IMG/VR virus record: IMGVR_UViG_3300043384_000015
Location: 1-39,979 of that record
Direction: 5' to 3' (one strand)
Source of the DNA: a virus
Lineage: Duplodnaviria; Caudoviricetes
Length of the DNA stretch: 39,979 bases
Below, in pieces: positions 24,529-34,794 of this stretch; positions within the stretch are counted from its first letter, which is position 1; every line of letters starts with the position of its first letter. A program made the translations under genes and the position numbers. The notes beneath the pieces are model-generated. The model had not been told where the DNA came from. It did no database searches and was given only the letters and a program-made list of their open reading frames with translations.

Positions 24529-25316
24529 CGCGCCTCACGCCCGGCGAGCGTTTCATCTTGGCGACGATTCTCGTCGTCGTGGTGCTGCTCGTCGCGGCGT
24601 GCGGAGGTGGATCAAGCGAGGCGGCGGTCGCGCCCGATCGGACGGACCTCCTCTACGGGTATTTCGGCGATTGCGATACCTGCGTCGCGGAGACTCGCGG
24701 ACACGCCAACCTCGCGATGGTCATGGGCTGGGGCGCGCCGGGCGCGATGCAGCGCCACGTCGCCGAGGCGGTCGCGGCGAAGCAGCAGATCCTGCTCGCG
24801 GTGTGCTGGGCCTGCGGAGTTGAGAATCTGCGCTGGCAGTTCGGGGTATTGGGCGCAGCCCTCTCCGAAGTTGTCGCTCTCTATCCGATGGACGAGCCCG
24901 ACGTCGCCGGCATGTCGGCGAGCGATGTCTGCGCAATGGTCGCGATGGTGCGCGGGGTAGCAATGGAGTTCCCCGCCCTCGCCGGGGTGGCGATTGCCGC
25001 GGTTTACGGCAGCAAGGGAACCGCTGGCAGCGAGTGCTTCGACTGGATCGGCCGCGACAATTACGGCACCGGGCCAATCGTGCCGATCCGCACCGCGGGG
25101 CAGCGCGTGATCCTGCTCCCCGGCGGCGCTGATCCGTGGCGCGAGGACCCGGCCGCGTTCATCGACGTGGCGAATCGGACTCCGGCCGTGGTGATGATCC
25201 TGCCGTTCCTGTGGCGCGATCCGAACACCGGCCGCGGGATCGCGACCAATGGGCTAGGCCAAACGTACTGCCAAGCCGGGGTGCGAGTGACCGGGAGGGC
25301 GGGACCATGCACGTGA
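24525..25316 (+). CDS. Lipoprotein with putative glycoside-hydrolase-like domain
   Basis: Lipobox LVAA-C-GGGSS; ALYPMDEPD, FDWIGRDNY, VILLPG, MILPFLW. Confidence 0.65.
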   Translation: MTRLTPGERFILATILVVVVLLVAACGGGSSEAAVAPDRTDLLYGYFGDCDTCVAETRGHANLAMVMGWGAPGAMQRHVAEAVAAKQQILLAVCWACGVENLRWQFGVLGAALSEVVALYPMDEPDVAGMSASDVCAMVAMVRGVAMEFPALAGVAIAAVYGSKGTAGSECFDWIGRDNYGTGPIVPIRTAGQRVILLPGGADPWREDPAAFIDVANRTPAVVMILPFLWRDPNTGRGIATNGLGQTYCQAGVRVTGRAGPCT

Positions 25317-25732
25317 CCGTGAAGCCGCTCGATCCTGAAATGGTCGCCGCGATGACTGTCCAAGCCGCGCAGGGCGATGGCATGAGCGTCGAGATTCTGC
25401 GCGCGCTGGCGAACGGCTGCCCCGCGTTCATGGCGCTCGATGGCGACGAGGTCATCGCCGCCGCGGGCATCGTCGAGCAGTGGAAGGGTCGCGCGATCGC
25501 GTGGTCGACGCTGGCGCCCAACCTCGGTTCGCGGATGATCGCCGTGCATCGGGCGGTCGTGCGCTTCCTTGACGGCTGCGGCTTCCGGCGGGTCGAGATG
25601 TTCGTCGCCTGCGGACATGTCAACGGCGAGCGCTGGGCGAAGGCGCTCGGCTTCGTGCGCGAAGGCAAGGCGATTGCAGCCCTGCCGGACGGTTCCGATG
25701 CGTGGTTCTACGCGAGGGTGCGCAATGGCTGA
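25307..25732 (+). CDS. GNAT-fold virion assembly protein (T7 gp13-like)
   Basis: VIAAAGI...AIAWS...RRVEMFV...ERWAKALGFVREG. Confidence 0.8.
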   Translation: MHVTVKPLDPEMVAAMTVQAAQGDGMSVEILRALANGCPAFMALDGDEVIAAAGIVEQWKGRAIAWSTLAPNLGSRMIAVHRAVVRFLDGCGFRRVEMFVACGHVNGERWAKALGFVREGKAIAALPDGSDAWFYARVRNG

Positions 25733-26276
25733 CTTCGGCATTACCGAATTCCTCGCGATCGCATCGGCGGCAACGGCGGCGACGGGCGCGCTCGCGGCGG
25801 GACAAGCGCAGTCGGCCTCCTACGCGGGCCAGGCGAACGCGCTCAACTACAACGCCGAGATCGCGAAGCAGAACGCCGCCGCGACGTATGAACAGACCAA
25901 CGCCGCCGAGGATCTGCAGCGCCGGAACACGCGGTTGGCACTCGGGCGACAAGCCGCAGCGATCGGGCAGTCGGGCATCGATCCGACCTCCGGCTCGTCG
26001 CTGCTGGTGGCGAAGGACTCGGCCACCGCGGGCGAGCTCGATGCACTGACGATGCGCTACAAGGGCGATCTCACGGCGCGCGGCTACTCGCAGCAGTCGG
26101 TCGTTGACGCGACCGAGGCGCAGAACGCAACCAACAACTCCAAGGCTGCGCGCACGTCCGGCTATCTCGGCGCCGCGGGCAGCTTGCTGCAGGCGGGGAG
26201 TTCGTATTACTCGAACAGCACGCGCCTTGACTACCTGCGCCGCTACGGCCAGACCGGCTACGGCATGGGGGGCTGA
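25725..26276 (+). CDS. Internal virion (ejection) protein, gp14-like
   Basis: Ala/Gln-rich; GRQAAAIGQSGID...GSSLLV. Confidence 0.8.
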   Translation: MADFGITEFLAIASAATAATGALAAGQAQSASYAGQANALNYNAEIAKQNAAATYEQTNAAEDLQRRNTRLALGRQAAAIGQSGIDPTSGSSLLVAKDSATAGELDALTMRYKGDLTARGYSQQSVVDATEAQNATNNSKAARTSGYLGAAGSLLQAGSSYYSNSTRLDYLRRYGQTGYGMGG

Positions 26277-28927
26277 TGGCCGTCTCGATTAACACCGTCA
26301 CCCCGCAACTCAACCCGATGACGGGGTTGCCGTCGCCGGACGCGCTCGCGCGCAAGCAGCCGACCGCCTCCATCGCGCCGGGACTCACCGCGCTCGCCGG
26401 CGGTCTGCAATCGGCAGAACAGGCGGCGTTTGGGCGGCAGGATTCCGAGCAAAGCCTGCTCAACCAGCAGCAGTACCAAGCCGGGCTAACGGACGCCTCC
26501 AAGCGGCGCAGCGACGCGACGATTCAGTGGACGCAGAACCTCGAAGAGCGCAAGGCGGCGGTGCAGTCGCCGGCCGATCTCACTGACTTCGTGCCGAAAC
26601 TGCTCACCGACTTCGACTCCTACGCCAAGGACACCGTTTCCGCGGTGACCGATCCGCGGGCGCAGGCGCACCTGCAGGGCGAGATGGACGCCTTGCGCTC
26701 GCACTATGCGGTGCAAGCCCTTGCGTTCCAGGCGCAGCGCGGCGTGCAGTTCCGTGCCGACGGCTTGGCGCAGTCGATCGACCAGGACCGGCAGTCGGTC
26801 TATCGCGACCCGTCGCTCTATCAGACCACGCTCGACGCGAACCTCAAGGCGATCGACGCCGCCGAACTGCCGCCGGAGACGAAGATCAGGCTCCGCGACC
26901 ACGCGAAGTCGAACCTCACCATGGATGCGGCGCGCGGCTGGGTCGATCTCGATCCGTCCGCCGCGTACACGCGCATCACCGGAGGGGCCAAGCCGCCGAT
27001 GCTGCCGGCGCCGACACCTGCCCCGACGTTCCAGGACGCGGGGACCGTCACGCGCGAGGATGTCGTTGCGGAAGCGAAGCGGCAAGGCGTGCCGCCCGAA
27101 CTCGCGCTCTCCATCTGGCAGCAGGAGTCAGGCGGCGGCAAGAACGCCGGCACGTCGTCGAAGGGCGCGCTCGGCGGGTTCCAGGTGATGCCGGGCACGT
27201 TCGCGGACCTGCAGAAAGCCGGCGCGGTGCCGGAGGGCCTGACGAACGCGGGCCTTGGCAACATGGTCGCCGGCATCTCGTACCTGAAGCGCGGGCTCGA
27301 TGCGTCGGGCGGTGATCTGCGGCAGACGGCGAAGTATTACTACGGCGGACCAGGAGCCTTGCAGGGCGACGAGTCGATCACCTCCGGCCCCGGAACCCCG
27401 ACGCGCGGCCAGTATGCCGACCAGGTCGTCGCACGCGCGAAGGGGATGGCACCCGAGGACCTGGTGCTCGCCTCGGCTGCGACCACGATGACCGACGTCG
27501 GCGGCGGCGTCATCACGCGGCCGTACCCGGAAGCCAAGGCGACCAACGAGCCGATCGGCGTCGCTATGTACGACAACGCCGAGCCGCCGCAGAAGGAAGC
27601 CCTCCGCGCGTACGCCGAGGCGCAGATGCGCAAGGGGCAGATGTCCTCGCGGCTGCAGCTCGAGCGCGATGTCACCAACGGCGCCGCAATGGCGGCGAAC
27701 GGTGTGCCGCCGCCGGAGATCGACCCCGCGCGATTCGCTGCCGCTTACGACCCGGCCACGGCGGCCGAAAAGGTCCGCGAATATGAAGATCTGCAGGTGT
27801 ACGCGACCGGCGTCAACCGGATGCGCACCATGACGCAGGGGCAGATGGAGAGCTACCTCGCGGCGCAGACGCCCGAGCCGGGTTCCCCCGATTACGCGAA
27901 ACAGGACCGGTTGCAGAAGGCGCTTGGATCGGCCATGTCGGCGGTGATCGAGCAGCGACAGAAGGACCCCGTGCTCGCGATGGCGACGCAGGGCATCGCG
28001 AAGATCGGCCCGCTCGACCCGTCGAATCAGGCCGATTTCATCGCTGAGTTGCAGAATCGGCAGCAGGTCGCGAGCACGGCCAGCGGCATCTATACCGCGA
28101 AGCCGGCCGTCTTCACGGTGAAGGAGGGCCAAGCCTTCGCCTCGATGCTCCGCGAGGCTCCCTACCAGCAGCAGGTCGCCCTCCTCGGCACGCTGCGCAA
28201 GGGCCTGACCGACGACGCGACCTATCGGGCTGCGCTGCAGCAGATTTCGCCCGACGCGCCCGAGATCGCTGCGGCAGGCGTGCAAGCGGCGAAGCAGCCG
28301 GGCTACGCGCTCGCCGCCGGCTTCCCGACGCCGCAAGCCGCGGCCGAGTTGATCCTGCGCGGCGCGTCGATCCTGCACCCCGGCAAGGCGCAGAAAGCCG
28401 AGGACGGATCGGGGCGCACGCCGGTCATGCCCGACGAGGCGATGCTGCTGCAGGACTTCTCGTCGAAAGCCGGGGATCTCTTCCGCGGCGATTCGGAGGG
28501 CCTGAAGACCGGATTCCAGCTCTACCGCTACGCCTACGCGGCCGCTGCAGCGCGCGACGGCGTGGTGGTGGGCGCGGACAAGTCGGTCGACACCAAACGC
28601 TCGCAGGAGGCATTCAACGCCGCTCTTGGTGGCACGTACGACTTCGCCGGGCACACGGTGCTGAAGCCCTACGGCATGCCCGACGACACGTTCGCGCAGC
28701 GCTTCGGGCAATCCTATGCCAGCGCCCTGACCAACGCGGGGATCAACGTCGACGCGCATCCGATCCAGGCCTACGCGCCGGTCAACGTCGGCGACGGGCG
28801 CTATCTTTTGCAAGCCGGCACGGGCTACCTCGATGGCCCGAGCGGCCCGGTCGTCGTGCAGGTGCCAACCAGCGCAGTTGCTGGCGAACCGTTCGCCAAC
28901 CGGCGCGCGGGAGGGCTGATCCGATGA
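26276..28927 (+). CDS. Internal virion protein with lytic transglycosylase (SLT) domain
   Basis: GVPPELALSIWQQESGG...SSKGALGGFQVMPGT...YYGGPG. Confidence 0.85.
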   Translation: MAVSINTVTPQLNPMTGLPSPDALARKQPTASIAPGLTALAGGLQSAEQAAFGRQDSEQSLLNQQQYQAGLTDASKRRSDATIQWTQNLEERKAAVQSPADLTDFVPKLLTDFDSYAKDTVSAVTDPRAQAHLQGEMDALRSHYAVQALAFQAQRGVQFRADGLAQSIDQDRQSVYRDPSLYQTTLDANLKAIDAAELPPETKIRLRDHAKSNLTMDAARGWVDLDPSAAYTRITGGAKPPMLPAPTPAPTFQDAGTVTREDVVAEAKRQGVPPELALSIWQQESGGGKNAGTSSKGALGGFQVMPGTFADLQKAGAVPEGLTNAGLGNMVAGISYLKRGLDASGGDLRQTAKYYYGGPGALQGDESITSGPGTPTRGQYADQVVARAKGMAPEDLVLASAATTMTDVGGGVITRPYPEAKATNEPIGVAMYDNAEPPQKEALRAYAEAQMRKGQMSSRLQLERDVTNGAAMAANGVPPPEIDPARFAAAYDPATAAEKVREYEDLQVYATGVNRMRTMTQGQMESYLAAQTPEPGSPDYAKQDRLQKALGSAMSAVIEQRQKDPVLAMATQGIAKIGPLDPSNQADFIAELQNRQQVASTASGIYTAKPAVFTVKEGQAFASMLREAPYQQQVALLGTLRKGLTDDATYRAALQQISPDAPEIAAAGVQAAKQPGYALAAGFPTPQAAAELILRGASILHPGKAQKAEDGSGRTPVMPDEAMLLQDFSSKAGDLFRGDSEGLKTGFQLYRYAYAAAAARDGVVVGADKSVDTKRSQEAFNAALGGTYDFAGHTVLKPYGMPDDTFAQRFGQSYASALTNAGINVDAHPIQAYAPVNVGDGRYLLQAGTGYLDGPSGPVVVQVPTSAVAGEPFANRRAGGLIR

Positions 28928-30255
28928 GCCTCTACGATCTCAACCCCGCGCAGGAAGCCGACGCGATGAATGTCGCGGCGCGCAATCCGGCCGAGTTCGG
29001 CCCGACGCCGTGGTTCACTGGAAGGACGGCGCTGGCGCCGGTTGAGGGCGTTCTCGGCGCTGGGGCGTCGCTGGCGCTCATGGCCGGGGAAACGCTGACG
29101 CCGTACTTCCGCCCCATTGCCGAGTCGATGGACAACGCCTACGGCACCTCCGCGGCGAAATTCCTCGACGACCAGCTTGAGCAGACGCGCGTCGCCGCGC
29201 GCAAGAACGCCGAGGTGTCGCCGTTCGTCTACGGGCGCGCGGGCGAACTGATCCACGGTCTCACCAAGTTCGGCGGCGAGGCGCTGGTCGGTGGTGCTGT
29301 CGCTGGTCTTCCGGGTGTCGTGGCCGCGACGGCCGGTTCCGAAGGCTTCACGCGCTACCAGCAATTGATCGCCGAAGGCGTCGACCCGGAGACCGCCAAG
29401 CTCGCGGCCGGGGTCGAAGGAATCGCCGCAGGCGCGACCTCGGTGCTGCCGCTGACCGGCAAGACACTGTCGGAATCGATCATCCGCGGCGCGGCGCTGA
29501 TGCCGTGGACGAATGCCTTCACCCGTGGGGTGACGCATGACGTGCTCGACCACGCGGGCTATCACGACATGGCGCAGACCTACCAGGGCCTCGACGGCAA
29601 CGCGCTGATGACCGACGGGATCATGGGCGCGCTGTTCGGTGGCATCGGCCACGCGTTCCACTCTTCCGCGACCGCCGATGCGAACCCGATGCTCGCGAGC
29701 GCAGCCCTTGCCGATGCTGCGGCGCGGCATATCGAAGGGTTGGCCCCCGGAATCCCGACCGATGTTGCAACGCGGAATGCACACGTCGACGCGATGGTGA
29801 AGGCGACCGAGGACATCCTCGCGGGGCGTCAGGTTGACGTGTCCGCACAGATTGACCCGACGCGGGCCAACTTCATCGCGGACCCGCACGCGGAGGCGTA
29901 CCAGAAGGGCGCACGTGCCGCGATGGAGGAGGCCTATCCGGACCTGCCGAAGCCGGAGGCCGCCCCTGTTGCCGAGCCGATTCCCGCGACCGAGGCGCGG
30001 CTCGCCGAAATCGCTCCGCAGCCGAAGGAAGAGGCCCCCGCGCCCGAGACGACCGCCAAGGCCGAAGCGCCCGACGTCGTCGCTGCGCGCAACGCATTGA
30101 AGACCGCGCCCGACATGACCGTCGTCGGCGATTCCGGCGAGCGCATCAAGGCCTCCGACCTGATGGCCGAAGCCGATCAGCAGGCCGCCGACGCCGCGAC
30201 GACGAAGAAGATGCTCGACGCCGCGATCAGTTGCGAAGCATGGGGTGGAGCATGA
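28924..30255 (+). CDS. Internal virion (ejection) protein
   Basis: 443-aa Ala/Gly-rich ORF coupled within the ejection cluster. Confidence 0.75.
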   Translation: MSLYDLNPAQEADAMNVAARNPAEFGPTPWFTGRTALAPVEGVLGAGASLALMAGETLTPYFRPIAESMDNAYGTSAAKFLDDQLEQTRVAARKNAEVSPFVYGRAGELIHGLTKFGGEALVGGAVAGLPGVVAATAGSEGFTRYQQLIAEGVDPETAKLAAGVEGIAAGATSVLPLTGKTLSESIIRGAALMPWTNAFTRGVTHDVLDHAGYHDMAQTYQGLDGNALMTDGIMGALFGGIGHAFHSSATADANPMLASAALADAAARHIEGLAPGIPTDVATRNAHVDAMVKATEDILAGRQVDVSAQIDPTRANFIADPHAEAYQKGARAAMEEAYPDLPKPEAAPVAEPIPATEARLAEIAPQPKEEAPAPETTAKAEAPDVVAARNALKTAPDMTVVGDSGERIKASDLMAEADQQAADAATTKKMLDAAISCEAWGGA

Positions 30256-32882
30256 AAGAAGAATGCATCGCCGCCGTCGCCAAGGCTGCCGGGCGCGCTG
30301 TCACCGCGGCCGAGGCGCGCGACCTCGAGACGAGCCTCCGCGACAACATGCGCCAACTCGCGCGGACGGATCGCGAGAACTGGACCGCGATGGTGCCCGA
30401 GGAACGTCTTCGGGCTGCGGCCGAGTTGCAGGCGACGAAGCTGGAACAGGCGGCGGCCAAGCAGCAGCAGCGCGTCGCCCTGACCATCCGCGCGCACACC
30501 GCGCTCGACGGCTACATCGGCGACGCCAAGGGCCGGGGGCTGGCAGGACTCGATGCGGTCGAGCGGACGCTGTTCGAGAAGGCCGACGGGAAGTCGCGTT
30601 TCACCTCCGTCGAGGGGCAGATCACCGCCAACCGGGCGTTCTATCTCGGCTCGCTGCTCGACACCTTTGAGGCGACCGAGCCACGACTCTTCGGCTTGCT
30701 GAACAATCCCAAGGGCGTGCGCGCCCTGACGATGGAGATGTTCGGCCAGGACTCCGGCAGCAAGATCGCCAAGGAGGGCGCGAAGATCTTCCACGACACC
30801 GCCGAGGCGATGCGGCAGCGCTTCGACCGCGCTGGTGGGCGGATTCCGAAGCGCGAGGATTGGGCGATCCCGCAGCACCACGACCAGAGCCGTGTCGCCG
30901 GTGCCGGGCGCGAGGAATGGCTCGCCAGCCTCGATCCGGTCGCGCGGGCGAAGGCGCGGCTCACCGGAGCCTATCCGCCGCCGGAATTCTCACGCGACCG
31001 CTGGGTCTCCGACACGCTGCCGCTCGTTGACCGAGAACAGTACGTCAACGACGACGGTCGGCTGATGAACGACGCCGAGGTGACGAACTTCCTGCAGGAA
31101 GCGTGGAAGACGATTGCGATGGGCGGTATGAACAAGGTCGAGCCGGGCGTGATGACCGGGCGACCCTCCTCGATGATCGCCAACCGTGGCGACGCCGCGC
31201 GGCAGATTCACTACCGCGACGCGGACAGCTACCTCAAATATCAGGCGGCCTACGGCGCGCGCACCATCGACCAGGTCATCGCGGGCCACATTGCCCAACT
31301 CTCGCGCGACATCGCGATGGTCGAGACCTACGGGCCGAATCCCGATGCGACCTTCCGCTTCTTCACCGAACGCGAAGCGCAGGCGCAGAGCGAGGCCACG
31401 CCCGCGACGACGGGCAAGGTCAAGGCGACCGTGCGCCAACTCGACAACGCTTTCAACTATGTGGCGGGACGGCGCGATCCGATCGCCTCGCAGCTCCTGG
31501 CGCGCTCGTTCGATAGTCTGCGGCAATGGCTCATCGCGTCCCGTCTCGGTTCCTCGACCATCACCGCGCTGGTGGACGAGGGGACGCTGCACCTGACAGC
31601 GCGGGTCAATGCGCTCTCGCAGGTGCGGCTCGCGGTAAACGAACTCGCGACGATGAACATGGCAAACCGCTCCGAGCTCGCCATTGCCCGGCGCGGGCGG
31701 CTGGGCCTCGAATCGCTGACCTCCGAAATCAATCGCTGGGGCGAGGAAAACCTTGGCCGCTCGTTCGCCTCGAAGATGGCCGAAAGCGTGATGACCCTGT
31801 CTCGGCTCGACGCCTTGGATGCCGCGCGTCGGCGAGCCTTGGGCGCCACGATCTATGACGCCATCGGCAACCTGACGCAGCGCTATACGCGCATTTCCAG
31901 CCTCGCACGCGAGGATATCGGCGTGCTTGAAGGCAAGGGCGTGACGGATACCGACTGGGCGGTCTGGCGCAAGGCCGAGTTGTCGGATTGGGGCAACGGG
32001 AACAGCCACGTGCTCGAGCCCGACGCGATCATGCGAATCAGCGACGCCGACCTCGCCGATCTGACAGGCGGCGATGCCAACGCGGCGCAACGGCTGCGCG
32101 AGCAGGCGACCACGAAGCTCCTCGCCCACGTTCTGCAAGAGGGCAACATGGCGGTGCCGGTGCCGGGCTTCAAGGAACGCATGATCTCCGGCGCAGCGAT
32201 GCAGCGGGGCACGCTCTCAGGCGAACTCTGGCGCTCGATGATGCTGTTCAAGAGTTTCCCGCTGGCGATGATCCGCAAGCACTGGTCGCGCGGCATGGGC
32301 ATGGAGACGGCAGCGGGACGCGGTGCCTACGTCGCTTCGCTCGTGGCCTCCACGACGATCCTCGGCTCCATCTCGATGGCGATCAACGACATCCTCTCCG
32401 GCAAAGACCCGAAGCAGATGTTCAACGCCCCCGGCGATCAGCTTGCGAAGAATTGGACCGCTGCCTTCCTGAAGGGTGGATCGATGGGCCTCTATGGCGA
32501 CTTTCTGTTCTCGTCGATCTCGAAGAATGGGCAGAACGATCTCTTCGGCGCGCTCGCGGGGCCGGTTGGCGGTCTCGTGCAGGAGGCGATGAACGTCACG
32601 CAGGGCAACATCATCCAGGCGGCCGAGGGCAAGACGACGAACTTCGGCGCCGAGGCCACCAAGATGGTGAAGGGCCTGACGCCCGGCTCTTCGCTCTGGT
32701 ACGCGAAGGCCGCGCTCGATCACCTCATCTGGCAGCAACTCGCCGAGTACCTATCGCCGGGATGGCTCGGCCACATGGAGACCTCCGCGATTCAGCACTA
32801 CAACGACCGCTTCTGGTGGAAGCCGGGAACCGGAACCGCAGGGATGCAAGCGCCCAACCTCGCGCGCTTCATCGGGCACTAG
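30252..32882 (+). CDS. Large internal virion (ejection) protein
   Basis: MKEECIAAV, WAIPQHHD, LFKSFPLAM, GGSMGLYGDFL, LWYAKAALDH; ends the ejection cluster. Confidence 0.8.
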   Translation: MKEECIAAVAKAAGRAVTAAEARDLETSLRDNMRQLARTDRENWTAMVPEERLRAAAELQATKLEQAAAKQQQRVALTIRAHTALDGYIGDAKGRGLAGLDAVERTLFEKADGKSRFTSVEGQITANRAFYLGSLLDTFEATEPRLFGLLNNPKGVRALTMEMFGQDSGSKIAKEGAKIFHDTAEAMRQRFDRAGGRIPKREDWAIPQHHDQSRVAGAGREEWLASLDPVARAKARLTGAYPPPEFSRDRWVSDTLPLVDREQYVNDDGRLMNDAEVTNFLQEAWKTIAMGGMNKVEPGVMTGRPSSMIANRGDAARQIHYRDADSYLKYQAAYGARTIDQVIAGHIAQLSRDIAMVETYGPNPDATFRFFTEREAQAQSEATPATTGKVKATVRQLDNAFNYVAGRRDPIASQLLARSFDSLRQWLIASRLGSSTITALVDEGTLHLTARVNALSQVRLAVNELATMNMANRSELAIARRGRLGLESLTSEINRWGEENLGRSFASKMAESVMTLSRLDALDAARRRALGATIYDAIGNLTQRYTRISSLAREDIGVLEGKGVTDTDWAVWRKAELSDWGNGNSHVLEPDAIMRISDADLADLTGGDANAAQRLREQATTKLLAHVLQEGNMAVPVPGFKERMISGAAMQRGTLSGELWRSMMLFKSFPLAMIRKHWSRGMGMETAAGRGAYVASLVASTTILGSISMAINDILSGKDPKQMFNAPGDQLAKNWTAAFLKGGSMGLYGDFLFSSISKNGQNDLFGALAGPVGGLVQEAMNVTQGNIIQAAEGKTTNFGAEATKMVKGLTPGSSLWYAKAALDHLIWQQLAEYLSPGWLGHMETSAIQHYNDRFWWKPGTGTAGMQAPNLARFIGH

Positions 32883-32891
32883 GAGCACGAC

Positions 32892-34526
32892 ATGACGATC
32901 TCTAGCACCTCCCGCAGCCAGCAATACGTCGGCAACGCCTCGACGCAGTCGTTCTCGACGGTGTTCCCGTTCACGCTGGCGACCGACGTGCAGGTCTACA
33001 AGAAGCAGACCGCCGCCACGGTTTGGAACCTGCTCAACTACGGCAGCGATTGGTCGATCACCTCCGGCGGCAATGGGTCGCCGGGCACGGTGTTCCTGAG
33101 CGTGATCCCGACCGGCTCCGAGTCGATCCTGATCGTGCGCACGGTGCCGCTGACGCAACTCCTGAACCTCGTCGCGAATGACACCTTCGGCGCGGAATCG
33201 GTAGAGACGGCACTTGACAAGGCAGTGGAGGGCCTGCAGCAACTCGATGCGCGCATCGCCGCGATCGAGGCCTCGCTCGGCGTGACCTTCATCGTCTCCG
33301 AACCCTACATCTTCGCCAACAACGCGATCCTTTGCCTCAAGAACACCGTCACGCAGAACGCCTCGATTCCGAGCGGCTTCAACGGGCTCGCGATCGAACC
33401 CACGATCAGCCCCGGCGTCGTCGTCTCCATCGCGCCGGGTTCGGTGCTGGTCACGCTCGACAATTCGCTCGGCATGGGCAGCGGCGGTGGCCCGTTCGCG
33501 ACGCTGGTCGCCAACACGTTCACCGGTCGCCAGGATTGGGGCACCGCCGGCGCGAATTACATCATGCGCGCCGATCCGGCCTATGGCGATATCTACGTCC
33601 TCAAGAACGCCGCGACGGCGCTTCCGATCAACGCCTTCACCGGCGAGTTCAATGCCTTCGCGGGCGAATTGCAGGAGCAGGTCGGCACCGATGCGATCGT
33701 TCCTTTGCATGGCATTGGCGTGTCGAAGCTCACGCACAACGGCGTCGTCACCGGAGCCGAAACAATCGCCCGCAATCTCAGCGACAAAACGGGCGCGGGG
33801 CTTGGGGCACAGCTCTACGGCACGCTTGCAGTTGCGCAGAATGAAGTCTTCAACCACACGTCGGGCGCGAATGCGGGGCTTTATCTCGACTTCCGCAATC
33901 GGTCATTCGCGTCGGGAACGCCGATCAATGGCACGCCCGGCGCGGGTCAGGGCTATGGCAAGAACTTCTCCGCGGTCCTGATCGACTGCCTCACCGGACG
34001 CGGCACCGTGACCGGCATCACCTGCGGCTGGCAGACCGGCATCATGTTTACGAAGGGCTCGCTCGATCAGATTCAGGGCGGCGCGACGAAGGCGGTCGGC
34101 ATCGACATGACCGCGTTCGACCTCGGCAATCTTGGCCCGGAGGGAACGCCTTATGGCGCGCGCATCGCGGCCTGCATCGCGCTGCCGACCGGCACCTTCG
34201 GCTCGACGATCATCCCCGGCATCACCTGGGATACAGCGAAGACGATCCAGACCTACTTCGCGAGCGGCATCGGCTGGCACGTCTCGAACGCCGGCGTCAT
34301 GCGTTTCGCAGTCGGCACCGGCAACGGCGTGCTCTATGCCAATGGCGGCGGCGCGACGTCGTACACGAATTATCTCGATCTCACCGGGCAGTCGCAGTAC
34401 GTCATGAATCTCAACGGCGCCGGAGGCAAGTTCTACGGTGCGGTGCCGTCCGTGCCAGGCTCGATCGGGGCTTGGCTCAAGCTGCGGATCGACGCCGCGG
34501 ACTGTTTCATCCCGATCTACTTCTAA
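32892..34526 (+). CDS. Tail fibre/spike 1 with T7-like N-terminal anchor
   Basis: MTISST...YVGNASTQSFSTVFPF...IVRTVPLTQ...VETALDK..LQQL anchor followed by a Gly-rich beta body. Confidence 0.85.
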   Translation: MTISSTSRSQQYVGNASTQSFSTVFPFTLATDVQVYKKQTAATVWNLLNYGSDWSITSGGNGSPGTVFLSVIPTGSESILIVRTVPLTQLLNLVANDTFGAESVETALDKAVEGLQQLDARIAAIEASLGVTFIVSEPYIFANNAILCLKNTVTQNASIPSGFNGLAIEPTISPGVVVSIAPGSVLVTLDNSLGMGSGGGPFATLVANTFTGRQDWGTAGANYIMRADPAYGDIYVLKNAATALPINAFTGEFNAFAGELQEQVGTDAIVPLHGIGVSKLTHNGVVTGAETIARNLSDKTGAGLGAQLYGTLAVAQNEVFNHTSGANAGLYLDFRNRSFASGTPINGTPGAGQGYGKNFSAVLIDCLTGRGTVTGITCGWQTGIMFTKGSLDQIQGGATKAVGIDMTAFDLGNLGPEGTPYGARIAACIALPTGTFGSTIIPGITWDTAKTIQTYFASGIGWHVSNAGVMRFAVGTGNGVLYANGGGATSYTNYLDLTGQSQYVMNLNGAGGKFYGAVPSVPGSIGAWLKLRIDAADCFIPIYF

Positions 34527-34547
34527 CCCCAGACAGGAGCAGCACAT

Positions 34548-34775
34548 ATGGACGGAGAACACTACGAAGGCAAGCCGGTCATCGAAGCCAAGGCCGTGAA
34601 GCCCACGCCGGAACAACTCAGTCGCGCGCGCGAGGTCTGCGAGATGGCCCGCTTGCGCGTGGAAAACATCGAGCTCAAGGCCAGCATCATCAACATCGAG
34701 CACCCGAAGGCGGTCGAGCTGTTCAACGAAGCGAAGGCCGCGCTCGAAGCCTTGGAGCTTATCGCCAAGCAGTAA
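34548..34775 (+). CDS. Small helical protein, possible fibre chaperone
   Basis: AGGAG RBS; between fibre genes. Confidence 0.65.
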   Translation: MDGEHYEGKPVIEAKAVKPTPEQLSRAREVCEMARLRVENIELKASIINIEHPKAVELFNEAKAALEALELIAKQ

Positions 34776-34794
34776 CCCCGAAGGGAACGAAACC

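Noticed and set aside
25307-25732. GNAT toxin or resistance acetyltransferase
   Set aside because: Its position directly before the ejection proteins matches the conserved gp13-like assembly gene
10799-33857. Long antisense or alternate-frame ORFs (e.g. 10799-12364, 18699-21311, 27128-28813, 30990-32138)
   Set aside because: Shadow ORFs expected in high-GC coding DNA; they overlap well-supported genes and lack motifs
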